Positions 49,336-59,247 of a stretch of DNA of 64,000 nt are shown piece by piece; the stretch's first letter is position 1, and every line of letters begins with the position of its first letter. Both the position numbers and the translations under genes were made by a program. The notes beneath the pieces are model-generated. The model searched no databases, was not told the DNA's origin, and saw only the letters and a list, made by a program, of their open reading frames with translations. The stretch is from contig CBDAOI010000004.1 in assembly GCA_965198005.1 (NCBI GenBank), forward strand, positions 1,728,001-1,792,000, read 5' to 3'. This DNA comes from Spirochaetia bacterium (GTDB taxonomy: Bacteria; Spirochaetota; Spirochaetia; SZUA-6; Bin103).

Positions 49336-50243
49336 GGGGAATTATATACGGTGTTACCCAAGGGTGCTTGACGCCGCCGGCCCGGGGCGGGTAAAATACT
49401 ACCGTAATGGCAAAGAAAAGACGGGGGCCGCCGCAGAAAGGACCCGGCAAGTACTACCGGATCGGGATGTCGCTCATGGAATGCTTCCAGCGGTTCCCAG
49501 ATAACGCCACGGCCGAACAGTGGTTCGTTGAAACCCGCTGGCCGTCTGGTGTTCAGTGCCCCGCCTGCGCCTCGGACAACGTGCAGGCGCGACCGACGCG
49601 CAAGCCCCAGCCCTACCGGTGCCGCTCCTGCCGCACCGACTTCTCCGCCAAGACCGGCACCCTGATGCAGGGTTCCAACCTCGGTTTCCAGACCTGGGTA
49701 ATCGCGCTCTACCTGCTGACCACGGGGTTGAAGGGAACCTCCAGCATGAAGCTCCATCGAGACCTGGGCGTCACGCAGAAAACCGCGTGGCACTTGGCGC
49801 ATCGCATCCGCGAGACCTGGGCCGCGCACGCTGCCGCGTTCGACGGGCCGGTGGAACTGGACGAGGCCTACCTCGGGGGCAAGGAGCGCAACAAGCACGC
49901 TGACAAGAAGCTCCACCAGGGCCGTGGCACTGTCGGCAAGGTGGCGGTCGCCGGGGCGAAGGATCAGGCGTCCAACCAGATCAGCGCGGCCGTGGTAGCG
50001 GGGACCAGCAAGCGCGAGCTGCAAGGCTTTGCCGCCGACCGCGTAGCGCAGGAGGCGGACGTGTTCACCGACGATCTGCAGTCCTACGACGGGATGCCCA
50101 ACCGGCACCAAGTGCGGCACTCGGTGGGCGAGTACGTGAACCACAAGGTGCACGTCAACGGGATGGAATCGTTCTGGTCGATGCTCAAGCGGGGCTACTA
50201 CGGTACCTACCACCGGATGAGCCCTGCCCACATCCAACGCTAC
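49336..50243 (+). mobile_element. IS1595-family element; transposase 49407..50273 is 3'-truncated
   Basis: Zn ribbon CPAC...CRSC, VELDEAYLGG, FTDD, NGMESFWS.LKR and HIQRY; probable left end GGGGAATTATA. Confidence 0.88.
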
Positions 50244-50700
50244 GAGGATCTTGCAAAAGCTATGGAGCGGTGAGGAGGAAGTCGGGAACGTGAGCACAAG
50301 AGGACCAATCTTGTCGCATTGCTTGGTTGGATACGCCGTCAGGGCGTCTGCGGCACCTCGAATTGGCCAGAATCCGCAGATCATGCGGCGTCCATGGCAG
50401 CGCGCGGACACAACTGTCCCGTATCTCCTGCTGAGATCGGCTTGGTCCGGTAGTACGCGGGCGGAACGAAGTCGGGTTCAGTTCACGAAGCGCAGCAACT
50501 GATCCACGGTCAACGCCAGGATGCCGAACATCAGGTGGCACAGTACCTTGCTGTGCCCGCGCACGCGTACCTGACGGGCGCCGAATTCGTCCTTCAGCCG
50601 ACCGTTGACGCGCTCGACTGTCGACCGCTCCCGGTAGCGCACACCCTTGGCGTACATCTGGCCGAGCGTGCGCCGCGCCTTCGCCTCACCAGCGGCCATG
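50244..50700 (-). mobile_element. IS5/IS1182-like transposase 3' fragment and terminus
   Basis: RYRERSTVERVNGRLKDEFG...VRG..KV.CHL; end-like TTTTGCAAGATCCTC abuts the IS1595 truncation. Confidence 0.7.
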
Positions 50701-50760
50701 CGACACCGAAATGCAAATGACGATCTGAAAGGACCGCCACTCTCCCCTTGCGGACGGAGA

Positions 50761-51525
50761 TCATACGCATGATAGCCCATGATCCACTGACCGGCACACA
50801 TAGATCCGATTCTGTGCCAGCGGCGCTACCAGCCTAATCTCTCCCAAAACTCGTTCGATCGACCCAAGAAGCCATGCGGGGACCATCATCATTCGTCCGT
50901 CCGCGAACGGCAGCACAGCGAAGTGATACTGTCGTTCTATGCGCAAACCCGCCCCGGCTACCAGATCCGACACTTGTTCTGGAGACATTACTCGATCCTC
51001 AACCGTGGGTCGATCACACCGGACCCGGCTCATCGCTCTTCCCATACGACGCCTGAGACTAACGCTACTCTTGTGATTATTGAAAATCAGAACGCCGTCA
51101 ACGCTCAAGTGTCGGCAGAGCACCGTAAGCGCGGCCCTGCGCAACTCAGGTTCCGCGTTCGAAAAGAAGCGAAACACGGTAATCAGGTCGAATTCTCGGC
51201 TACTGAGTTGATCATCACGAGTAATATCGGCTTCGATGAGTTCAATATCTGGCAACGAACGCCGGGCGATCTGCAGCATTGAAGCGGAAACATCGACACC
51301 AACAGCGGAGACGCAATACGGTGATATATGTCCTATGATGCGTCCCGTACCACAGGCAAAATCCAGGTATCGTGGCGGAGCCTTGGGAAAGAGATCGAAC
51401 ACAAGTCGTCGAAGCAATCGTCGTTCCAGGCTCCAGATCATCGACCGATGAGGAAAGGACGAAAACGTCTCGTGATAGTCATCCCCCTTGTGCATGTGTG
51501 ACTCGCGGTAGCTATTTGTGTTCAT
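50761..51525 (-). CDS. Class I SAM-dependent methyltransferase
   Basis: YLDFACGTGR, GVDVSASML and FDLITVFRFF. Confidence 0.9.
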   Translation of the reverse strand: MNTNSYRESHMHKGDDYHETFSSFPHRSMIWSLERRLLRRLVFDLFPKAPPRYLDFACGTGRIIGHISPYCVSAVGVDVSASMLQIARRSLPDIELIEADITRDDQLSSREFDLITVFRFFSNAEPELRRAALTVLCRHLSVDGVLIFNNHKSSVSLRRRMGRAMSRVRCDRPTVEDRVMSPEQVSDLVAGAGLRIERQYHFAVLPFADGRMMMVPAWLLGSIERVLGEIRLVAPLAQNRIYVCRSVDHGLSCV

Positions 51526-51528
51526 CCC

Positions 51529-52263
51529 CTATCGCTCTAATTCAACTGTGGACAGGAAACGATTGATGCGACCCCATGACGGGATGGCAGCGAGAGTCCT
51601 CAGCACCCCATGTCGATGGAGATGGTAGCGATACCATCGACGGCAGACCATAGTAAGAAAGGAGCGCTCCTCATTTATCCGAAACGATGTTCGAACGCGT
51701 TGATAACCCGTGAGCAGCGCGGAACTGAGGCATTCTGGTTGGGGGATTCGTATAGGGTGTACGATGATGTGGTGGAAAAGAGAGAGAATGGCAATCCCCA
51801 GGTCCAGTCCTGCCGGTCCCCGGGAGCGTTCAGGCGGCTCGAGCGACCAGTGTGCGTTATTCCAGTCAACGATCGTTAGCTCGTCGCGGCTTTCCGTGTA
51901 GAGAAGGTTCCCCATTCCGAAGTCGCCGTGCCAATACACGTTCGTCTCTTCAGAGTCGGAACAGGCGGTATGTATGCACGCGAGAGCGTGACCAGTGCGT
52001 TCCAGTAGCTCGGGTGTTGGCCGCTTGATAAGATATGTCTTGAGTGGTACCGCTTTTGGAACGAAGCGAAAGACAATCTCTCCTGCGTCATCGTCATACG
52101 AGAGCACGTCAGGGACGCTAAAGTCGCCACACGAGGAACTCACTCTAGCGCCGAACTGGGAACGCTCTCGCTCAACACGTGAACGCTCCGGCGACTGCCG
52201 TTTTATCAGACGTTCACCCTCTATGATGACGCTCCCGTATCTCATCACGTTTCCGTTACGCAT
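51529..52263 (-). CDS. APH/kinase-like phosphotransferase
   Basis: LIK, WHGDFGMGNLL and IVDW. Confidence 0.75.
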   Translation of the reverse strand: MRNGNVMRYGSVIIEGERLIKRQSPERSRVERERSQFGARVSSSCGDFSVPDVLSYDDDAGEIVFRFVPKAVPLKTYLIKRPTPELLERTGHALACIHTACSDSEETNVYWHGDFGMGNLLYTESRDELTIVDWNNAHWSLEPPERSRGPAGLDLGIAILSLFHHIIVHPIRIPQPECLSSALLTGYQRVRTSFRINEERSFLTMVCRRWYRYHLHRHGVLRTLAAIPSWGRINRFLSTVELER

Positions 52264-53593
52264 TACGGGCAGGCCGCCGTATTGCGCGGTTGATTGCAGC
52301 TCGGCCGGACGCCCATATCAGTCTCATATCACTCCGCTGCGGGAGCCACGTCGACCTCAAGCTGGTGCGTGTTATTCGGCAGAACAAGATACTGAGCACC
52401 ACACTACGACAAATCCGACCGATCGTGATACCCCAGGCGGCAGCCGCGACCCCTACTTCCGGATACAGTAGCATAACAGTGGAGAGATTGGCGGTCAATC
52501 CTATCCACACAACCCACGAGCAAATCCCTGGACGGTTGACACCGCGAAAGTACACCATAAGCACATTAGCCCCGCCGTACACAAGCACCCCAGGCGCGAT
52601 GATCCAGACGAGCCCCACCACTGAATAGAACGCCTCCGGGAAGATCGTTTGAATTAGCGGGGAGAGCAGTGCAAGCAATACGCCCAGAGCCACGCCCGTA
52701 GCCCAGGAACTCACCCGTCCACAGAACGATACTAACTCGGGACGGCCGGTGTCATCGCCAGTGACACGGGGCAGCAGCGCACTGGAAACCGCGTTCGAGA
52801 TGATGAAAATACGCATCATGAAGGCGCTTGCGACCGCAAAGAGGCCAACATCAGCTCGGCCAGCGATCATGCCTAAGATGATCACGCCCACTTGCATGTC
52901 GACAAGCTGCCCAAGCCGGGCGACATAGTACTTTAGTCCGTAGAGTAGAACATGACGAATCCCCAACCGGGAAGGCAGTACCCACCTAAGCCCGTAATTT
53001 CTTCTGAGGTACCTCAACATTGCTGTGATCATTACCAGGGACGTAGCCGCCGCAGCGATAATCGCACCATCTACACCAAGGCCCATTCCCCAAACGAGCG
53101 TTATCAGTGACAGCACATTGATCATCGTTTGGATGAGCAACAAGAACGCCAGCAGCGCAAACCGTCTGAGCCCTGCAAGCTGTAGTTGTATCGATGTTGC
53201 GAACGACGTCAAAGGGATCAGGACAAGCGCTAAAAAGAAGGAACGTGGTTCCGCCTTTTGGAAAAACCCAATATCACTCTGAATCAACGGGATAGCTATT
53301 CCACCGGCTAGTGCAGAGCCCACAAGACATATGGCAAGAGCCACTGACACTCCCTGCGAAACGCTTATCTGTTTCGTCATTACAAAGTGCTGTGCGCCGC
53401 GGTCGGCTCCAGGCGAGAACAGGGCGCCAAATAAGCCACCAAACATGACGCATACCGCATAGGCACCCCGGCCTTCCGGAAGAAGGGCGTAGGCGAGCAA
53501 ACTCTGAACCGCAAGGCCTGCCATGATGAGGCCCGCGTGAGTCGCAATCACAACAGCGACATCCTCGCCACCCGTCGTCTTCGGCCCGATCAC
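52256..53593 (-). CDS. Wzx-type oligosaccharide flippase
   Basis: About 12 TM segments; LLPEGRG.Y, VGLFAVA and GVAAAAW; GTG start at 53593 after an AGGA RBS. Confidence 0.85.
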   Translation of the reverse strand: MIGPKTTGGEDVAVVIATHAGLIMAGLAVQSLLAYALLPEGRGAYAVCVMFGGLFGALFSPGADRGAQHFVMTKQISVSQGVSVALAICLVGSALAGGIAIPLIQSDIGFFQKAEPRSFFLALVLIPLTSFATSIQLQLAGLRRFALLAFLLLIQTMINVLSLITLVWGMGLGVDGAIIAAAATSLVMITAMLRYLRRNYGLRWVLPSRLGIRHVLLYGLKYYVARLGQLVDMQVGVIILGMIAGRADVGLFAVASAFMMRIFIISNAVSSALLPRVTGDDTGRPELVSFCGRVSSWATGVALGVLLALLSPLIQTIFPEAFYSVVGLVWIIAPGVLVYGGANVLMVYFRGVNRPGICSWVVWIGLTANLSTVMLLYPEVGVAAAAWGITIGRICRSVVLSILFCRITRTSLRSTWLPQRSDMRLIWASGRAAINRAIRRPARNA

Positions 53594-53600
53594 CGTGTCC

Positions 53601-54824
53601 TTAGCCAACGGATCTCCTATCACGCATTGCCCTTGTTCCAGGTGAGAGGGTCCACCAAAAAGAGGTTCTTCCGAACTCTGTACTTGGCACATATCTGGCC
53701 GGAATGCGACCGCGCGACACCGATCCAAGGTACCGACCTGAAACGAATACGCCCCTCTCCTCCGCGACTGACGGTTTAGTTCCATAGTGCTGTCGGTACC
53801 ACGCTACGAAGCGCCTCACTGCTTCGCGAATAGGAGTTCGTGCCCGCAAGCCCACTTCTCTAGTCAACGTCGTACAGTCTGCCCACGTGGCCGTCACGTC
53901 ACCGGCCTGAAGACCGACTTTCCTCACTTTAGCCTTCGCTCCAAGTTCGTCTTCCAGTGGGCTAAGAACCTCCTGGAGGCCGCATGGTGAGCCGTGCCCA
54001 ACATTGTATATCTTTGCTGGTACTGGAGATATCGTTAGTCCCGACGAAGCGTACCGGGGTGCGACTACGGGTGATTTGTCCGTCAGGCGTACCACTACAT
54101 CTGCAGCATCATCTAGGTAGGTGTAGTCGCGCCGCATATCCCCGTAGTTGAAGAGCTCGATCGTTTCACCACTCAGAATTGCCCTCGTAAACTTGAACAG
54201 CGTCATATCCGGACGCCCCCAAGGGCCATAGACCGTGAAGAAACGAAGACCCGTAGTCGGAATCCCGAAGAGATGAGAGTAGCTGTGGGCTACCAGCTCG
54301 TTTGATCGCTTGCTTGCCGCGTACAGGCTGATCGGGCGGTGCGCGGCACTTGCTTCGGTGAATGGTAGCGATTGCTCCAGGCCGTAAACCGAGCTGGACG
54401 AGGCGTATACTAAGTGTCGGACCGGGTGCTTTCTCGCAGCCTCCAGGATACTCAGAAACCCGTGCACGTTGCTCGATACGTAGGCAAACGGATCAGAGAG
54501 CGAGTAGCGTACGCCAGCCTGGGCAGCTAGGTGGCAAACCACGTCAAACCGCTCATCGGAGAACAGGGCGAGAACGCGCTCGTGGTCGGTGAGGTCCAGT
54601 CGCATGAACCGCAAGCTTGAGCCCGCGGCGCGCATCACGGTGGCGTGCGGCTGGCTGGTGTCATCTGTCATCACCCCAAGCTCCCGCAGGTGATCGACCT
54701 TCAACTGCACGTCGTAGTACGGGTTGAGGTTGTCGATCCCGAACACCTCGTGCCCTTGATCGACGAGCCGGCGAGCTACATGGTAGCCGATGAACCCGGC
54801 GATGCCCGTAACGAGGACCTTCAC
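53601..54824 (-). CDS. UDP-glucuronate 4-epimerase-like NAD-dependent epimerase
   Basis: TGIAGFIG, HLAAQAGVRYS, YAASK and RFFTVYGPWGRPDM; paralog of 26430..27575. Confidence 0.9.
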   Translation of the reverse strand: MKVLVTGIAGFIGYHVARRLVDQGHEVFGIDNLNPYYDVQLKVDHLRELGVMTDDTSQPHATVMRAAGSSLRFMRLDLTDHERVLALFSDERFDVVCHLAAQAGVRYSLSDPFAYVSSNVHGFLSILEAARKHPVRHLVYASSSSVYGLEQSLPFTEASAAHRPISLYAASKRSNELVAHSYSHLFGIPTTGLRFFTVYGPWGRPDMTLFKFTRAILSGETIELFNYGDMRRDYTYLDDAADVVVRLTDKSPVVAPRYASSGLTISPVPAKIYNVGHGSPCGLQEVLSPLEDELGAKAKVRKVGLQAGDVTATWADCTTLTREVGLRARTPIREAVRRFVAWYRQHYGTKPSVAEERGVFVSGRYLGSVSRGRIPARYVPSTEFGRTSFWWTLSPGTRAMRDRRSVG

Positions 54825-55468
54825 GTTGGAACGTAGTATCTCCGCAAGCCGCCCCAATGGCAACCGGGCAGGCGACGATTCCGTATGCGGGTACGGTTGA
54901 GGCACAGAGGATGACGCGAGGGAAGCTCGTGGCTACCACACCCGAAGACAAGCAACTCGACTACTGTTCGACTTGCGGGGCACCTCGTCCAGAGGGGGGC
55001 GATGGGGGGTGGCCAGGGAGAACCTGGCGGAGACCCACCAATGGGTGGATCAGCACTGGGCGTGGAGAATCCCCCGCCGCCGGAGGCGGAGCGGGCGGGT
55101 GAGGGGGTACTGGCCGGGACCTGGATCGGGGACGGCGAGCTGCAGAGCACAGGCCCGACGACGGGATAGCCTGTCGGAACATCGTGGAAGGGGGGGCGAG
55201 CGGCTGATCGACTATCCGACGTGGCTGGCGCTGGTTACGCGGTGCTTGAGCGTGGCGAATGCGCTGTCGATTCACGAGAACCTGCTCAACGTGCGGAGCG
55301 TGGCGGATTTCTGTACGTGCACAGCCACGCGCACGTGGCGGTCAAGTTCTCGCCCAGGCCACTGCAGCCCGGGGGGTGTGCCGATCCTGGTTGGCAGCAG
55401 CCGCCGGGCGTCGCTGGTGCGCTGTGCGTGTGGCTGGGTGAGGGTTGGGCTCCTTGGGATGTCGTGGA

Positions 55469-55603
55469 TGTGGATTCCGGGCGAACCCTACCAGTCATTC
55501 CGGTGAACCTTACCACTGAATCCGGGCAACCTTACCAGCGATTCCGGGGCAAGCCTTCCAATTTTGGGTGGTTACCGGAATCGGTGGTAGGGATGACCGG
55601 AAC
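55469..55603. mobile_element. IS21-family terminus with multiple internal repeats
   Basis: TGTGGATTCCGG followed by repeated (AT)TCCGG...AACC(C/T)TACCA units and inverted CCGGAATCGGTGGTAGG. Confidence 0.75.
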
Positions 55604-55755
55604 GGGTCGACGCGCATCAACGTCTCTTATCGAGGAAGCTTCTGGTTCCCACATAATGTTGAGCACCTATTAATGTGGAGTTGAGCCCGTAGGTCCTTGT
55701 ACACGAGGAACTTAGCGGGCTCCAACTCCACATAACAATGGCGTGCCCAAGATCA

Positions 55756-56775
55756 TCAGAGCGCCTCGAGCCATTCAAGAATGGTGGCATCCGAGCGCCA
55801 ACTGGCCAACTCCGGAGCGATATGACCGAGCGGGCTCGCCTTGGCAACCGCGGCACGCTTCATATCGAGATTCACTGCGGCGTAGCGGTTGGTAGTCTCG
55901 ACACTGACGTGTCCGAGCCAATGGCTGATGGTGACCAGATCGACGCCAGCTTGGAGCAGGTGGGTGGCGGTGGTGTGCCGCAGCAGGTGTGGGTGAACCC
56001 GTTTGCTGCGGAGGGTCTTCGCCGATGCGGATGCCGTGCCAGCATGTTTTTGCAGCAGGTAGCCCACGCCGAAACGGGTCAACGGTTGCCCACGACGGTT
56101 GCGGAACATGCGTGCCGTGGCGGCGGGCTGGTCGCCTTGCTCTTGCAGCAGGGCGTCCAGTGCCTGCACCGTCTGCGGCCACAAGGGGCAGATACGCTCC
56201 TTGCGCCCTTTCCCGCGGAGGCGGACTTGGGGAGGCCGTTCGAGCTGCAGGTCGCAGGGACGCAGGTCGAGGATCTCCTGCACCCGTGCGCCGGTGTTGA
56301 ACATGGTAAGTAGCAGGGTGCGGTCTCGCCGGCCGTCCCGGGTAGTGCAGTCCGGGGCCTCCAGCAGGGCTTGCAATTCGTCCGCTTCGAGATACTCCAC
56401 GACGTTCTGCGGCGCGCGCTTGAACGGTACCGCGAGGATCTGCTGACACAGCCCGAGGTGCTCGGGGTGGTGCTGCGCTGCGTAGCGGACGAAGGCATGC
56501 ACCGCCGCCAGTCGTACGTTGCGGGTTGCGATACTGTTGCCCCGCTCGGTCTCGAGGTGCGCGAGGAACGGCAGCAGATGCGCGGGCGCGAGGTGGGGAA
56601 AATCGAGTGCCGCCACCGGCCGCTGATGACGTGCCGCCAGGAATCGCAACAGCAACGTGATCGCATCGCGGTAGCTGAGCAGGGTATGGCGGCTGACGCC
56701 ACGGACCTGGGGTAGATCATCAGTGAAGAAGCCACGGAGGGCTCGACCGAGCGCATTGGGACGGATATTACTCAT
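55756..56775 (-). CDS. Tyrosine recombinase (RIT gene C)
   Basis: TGARVQE, GKGRKER, HPHLLRH and LGH..VETT.RY. Confidence 0.92.
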   Translation of the reverse strand: MSNIRPNALGRALRGFFTDDLPQVRGVSRHTLLSYRDAITLLLRFLAARHQRPVAALDFPHLAPAHLLPFLAHLETERGNSIATRNVRLAAVHAFVRYAAQHHPEHLGLCQQILAVPFKRAPQNVVEYLEADELQALLEAPDCTTRDGRRDRTLLLTMFNTGARVQEILDLRPCDLQLERPPQVRLRGKGRKERICPLWPQTVQALDALLQEQGDQPAATARMFRNRRGQPLTRFGVGYLLQKHAGTASASAKTLRSKRVHPHLLRHTTATHLLQAGVDLVTISHWLGHVSVETTNRYAAVNLDMKRAAVAKASPLGHIAPELASWRSDATILEWLEAL

Positions 56776-57754
56776 GGTCAGCTCCCCCGGCCGGACCGAA
56801 GATGGACTGTACATGGCGCAAGAAGCGTTCGTTGGCCGCTTCGGCGACGGGTTCGAGCCAGCTCAGGTAGTAGGCGGTAGAGACCACCGAGACGTGTCCC
56901 ATGGCGGTTGCCAGCGTCGGTAGTTGGGATTGCACATCGATCCCGGCGTGGTACCAGCGCAGCAGGACGTGGACGGCATGGGTATGGCGCAGATCGTGGA
57001 CCCGAGGCAGCTCTCCCGCCGCGGTGCGGACCTCGGCGGCACGAAACAGACGACGGAGTCCTTGGGCAAGGCCCGCTCCGGTATAGGCCTGCTGTTGGCC
57101 GAGGCTATTGACCAGCAGGGGGCCGTCGACCGCAAGCGGCAGTTGGCGCCGTGCGGCAAGATAGCGATCTACTTCCCGCGTGGCATCCGGGGAGAGTGCG
57201 ACGACGCGGGACTTGTGGAACTTCGATACGCGCACCAGAAGGGTCCGCTGTGTCGGGCTGTAGTCGCTGATCATCAGCCGGATGAGTTCGCCGCGCCGCA
57301 GACCGGCCGTATACAGCAGCACGATCGCCACCCGGTAGACCTCGGCGCAGAGCGGGGAAGCAACGGTGGCGGGGAGCTTCGCGGCCGCACGCATGAGCGC
57401 AGTGATCTGCTCTTTGGAGAAGATGAATGGCCGGCGCGGCGCGCTCGGTGCCGGAAACCCGCTCACTTCAGGCACGAAGCAGTGTCGATCGGTCCGCTGC
57501 AGGTAGAGACACAGATTGCGCACGATGCGCATGCGCGCTCGCCGCACCGTCGGCGTGAGGTGGGTCAGGGTAAGCGTCCAGGCGGCGAAGCTGGTGGCGG
57601 TCAGCGTGGGCGCACGTTGCGCGACCAGAAAGCGGTCGAGGTCAGCCAGGACGACCGTCTCGTTCCGGTATTCACGACCGAGAGCCTGTTTGAGTTGGAG
57701 ATAGGCGGCGATAGACGGGCCCAGAGATGAGTGGAACGTGGAGCACGCGTTCAT
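56768..57754 (-). CDS. Tyrosine recombinase (RIT gene B)
   Basis: AGLRRGE, SKFHKSR, HDLRH and MGH....T.YY. Confidence 0.92.
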   Translation of the reverse strand: MNACSTFHSSLGPSIAAYLQLKQALGREYRNETVVLADLDRFLVAQRAPTLTATSFAAWTLTLTHLTPTVRRARMRIVRNLCLYLQRTDRHCFVPEVSGFPAPSAPRRPFIFSKEQITALMRAAAKLPATVASPLCAEVYRVAIVLLYTAGLRRGELIRLMISDYSPTQRTLLVRVSKFHKSRVVALSPDATREVDRYLAARRQLPLAVDGPLLVNSLGQQQAYTGAGLAQGLRRLFRAAEVRTAAGELPRVHDLRHTHAVHVLLRWYHAGIDVQSQLPTLATAMGHVSVVSTAYYLSWLEPVAEAANERFLRHVQSIFGPAGGADHE

Positions 57755-58980
57755 CGTTGCGCCTCCGTCTGTGCCGGCAGGTCGAGCGCGGCGGCTCGAA
57801 GATCGTCCACGTGCAGCCGCAGGTATACGCAGGTGCTCTCCATACTGCGGTGGCCGAACAGATCACCGATGGCCTTGAGAGAGGTTCCCTGGCGCAGCAG
57901 ATGCAGGGCCAGAGAGTGGCGCAGACAGTGCGCTCCCCCGGATCGAATGTTCAGTGCGCTACGGCTGCCCCAAACGCGGAACGCATCACCGACGCTGGCG
58001 GCTACCAACGGCCCTCCAGGCTTGCGGACGCGCAGGAACACTTCACGATGCGCAGATGCAGGGCGGGCATGTCGCAGGTAGTCCAGCAGGGCCGCGCCAA
58101 CCTCCAGCGTTAGCGGCAGGGCGATCGGCGTCCGGATTTTCGGACGCGGAACCTGAAACCGTCCGGCTCGCCAAGCGATGTGGTCCAGGCGCAGAGCGGC
58201 CACTTCACTGGCGCGCAGGCCGTAGGTGGCGATCAGCAGGAGTATGGCGTAGTCGCGGCGTCCCATTGCCGTTGTCCGGTCGACGGAGGCAAGCAACGTC
58301 TGCACGCTTTCCCAAGGCAGTGCCCGTGGCAACCGCTCGCCGCGGTACACCCGTGGCTGCTCAATTGCGGCGTCCAGACCGGGAGCGGCCTCGCCTCGGC
58401 CCGCCAGGAATCGCAAGAACGACCTCAGATGTGCCGCCTTGTGCTGGAGAGTGGCTCGACTCAGCCGTGCCGCGACCGATTTCACGAATCGCTCAAGCTG
58501 TGACGCGGTGAGCTTCGGCAGCACCGTCGGATCGTCGTCGAAGTGCAAGAAGCCAAGGAATTCCGACGCACTGGTGGCGTGCTGCTGCACCGTCAATGCG
58601 GTCAGTCCCCTCACATGGTCGAGGTAGTCTCGATAGGCACCGACCAAGCGTTCGCTGGGCGTGGCACTGGGGGCAGCGAGCGTCCCTCGCTCCTCCAGAT
58701 AGGCCGTCAGGGAACGAACGAGAGCGGATAGGTAGACGTCGTCATAGCAACGGCGTGGCGCGAAAGTCAGCAGCTTCGCCCTGGAGAGCTTGCTCAACTC
58801 GCGGATGCCACCGCAGTGCAGCAGGTTGTCGAGACGGGGCGTCTTGCGAATGCGCTGGCGAATCGGAATCCTCGCAAACCCCAGTGCGTCAAGCCAGCGG
58901 ACAAATCTATCAAGCTGGGGACCGAGTAGTGGCAGAGCGGCAAAGCGGGCATGTGCCCGCGGAAATAGATCGATAAGCAT
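57751..58980 (-). CDS. Tyrosine recombinase (RIT gene A)
   Basis: RRDYAILLL..YGLRASEV, HCLRH and FGH....T..Y. Confidence 0.92.
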   Translation of the reverse strand: MLIDLFPRAHARFAALPLLGPQLDRFVRWLDALGFARIPIRQRIRKTPRLDNLLHCGGIRELSKLSRAKLLTFAPRRCYDDVYLSALVRSLTAYLEERGTLAAPSATPSERLVGAYRDYLDHVRGLTALTVQQHATSASEFLGFLHFDDDPTVLPKLTASQLERFVKSVAARLSRATLQHKAAHLRSFLRFLAGRGEAAPGLDAAIEQPRVYRGERLPRALPWESVQTLLASVDRTTAMGRRDYAILLLIATYGLRASEVAALRLDHIAWRAGRFQVPRPKIRTPIALPLTLEVGAALLDYLRHARPASAHREVFLRVRKPGGPLVAASVGDAFRVWGSRSALNIRSGGAHCLRHSLALHLLRQGTSLKAIGDLFGHRSMESTCVYLRLHVDDLRAAALDLPAQTEAQR

Positions 58981-59247
58981 CGCGACCTCCGGATTGGTTG
59001 GTAGGCGCCAGCAGTGGCGCCGATCGCCAGCTTAGTCGACCGATTTATGTTGAGTTGGTACCCACTAAATCTCGCGTTAGCAAGGACCTACGGGCTCAAC
59101 TCCGTAAACATTCGGTTCACTGGTATCCCCGAGGGTAGTGAGTAAGCGCGCTGGCGCGCTGAACGGTAACCACTGACACTCAAGTTTCTGAAATTTCGAC
59201 TGGACACTCCCGAATTCGGGTGTTAGATTCTTGTAGGCGAGAGCTGG

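Noticed and set aside
54900-55460. Possible ISKra4/ISLre2-like transposase relic (ERLIDYPTWLA)
   Set aside because: Only one weak motif and no continuous frame; not enough to annotate.
55469-55603. Short repeated units resembling a mini CRISPR array
   Set aside because: The units are about 22 bp, degenerate, lack unique spacers and include inverted copies. This is typical of IS21 termini, and no cas genes are present.
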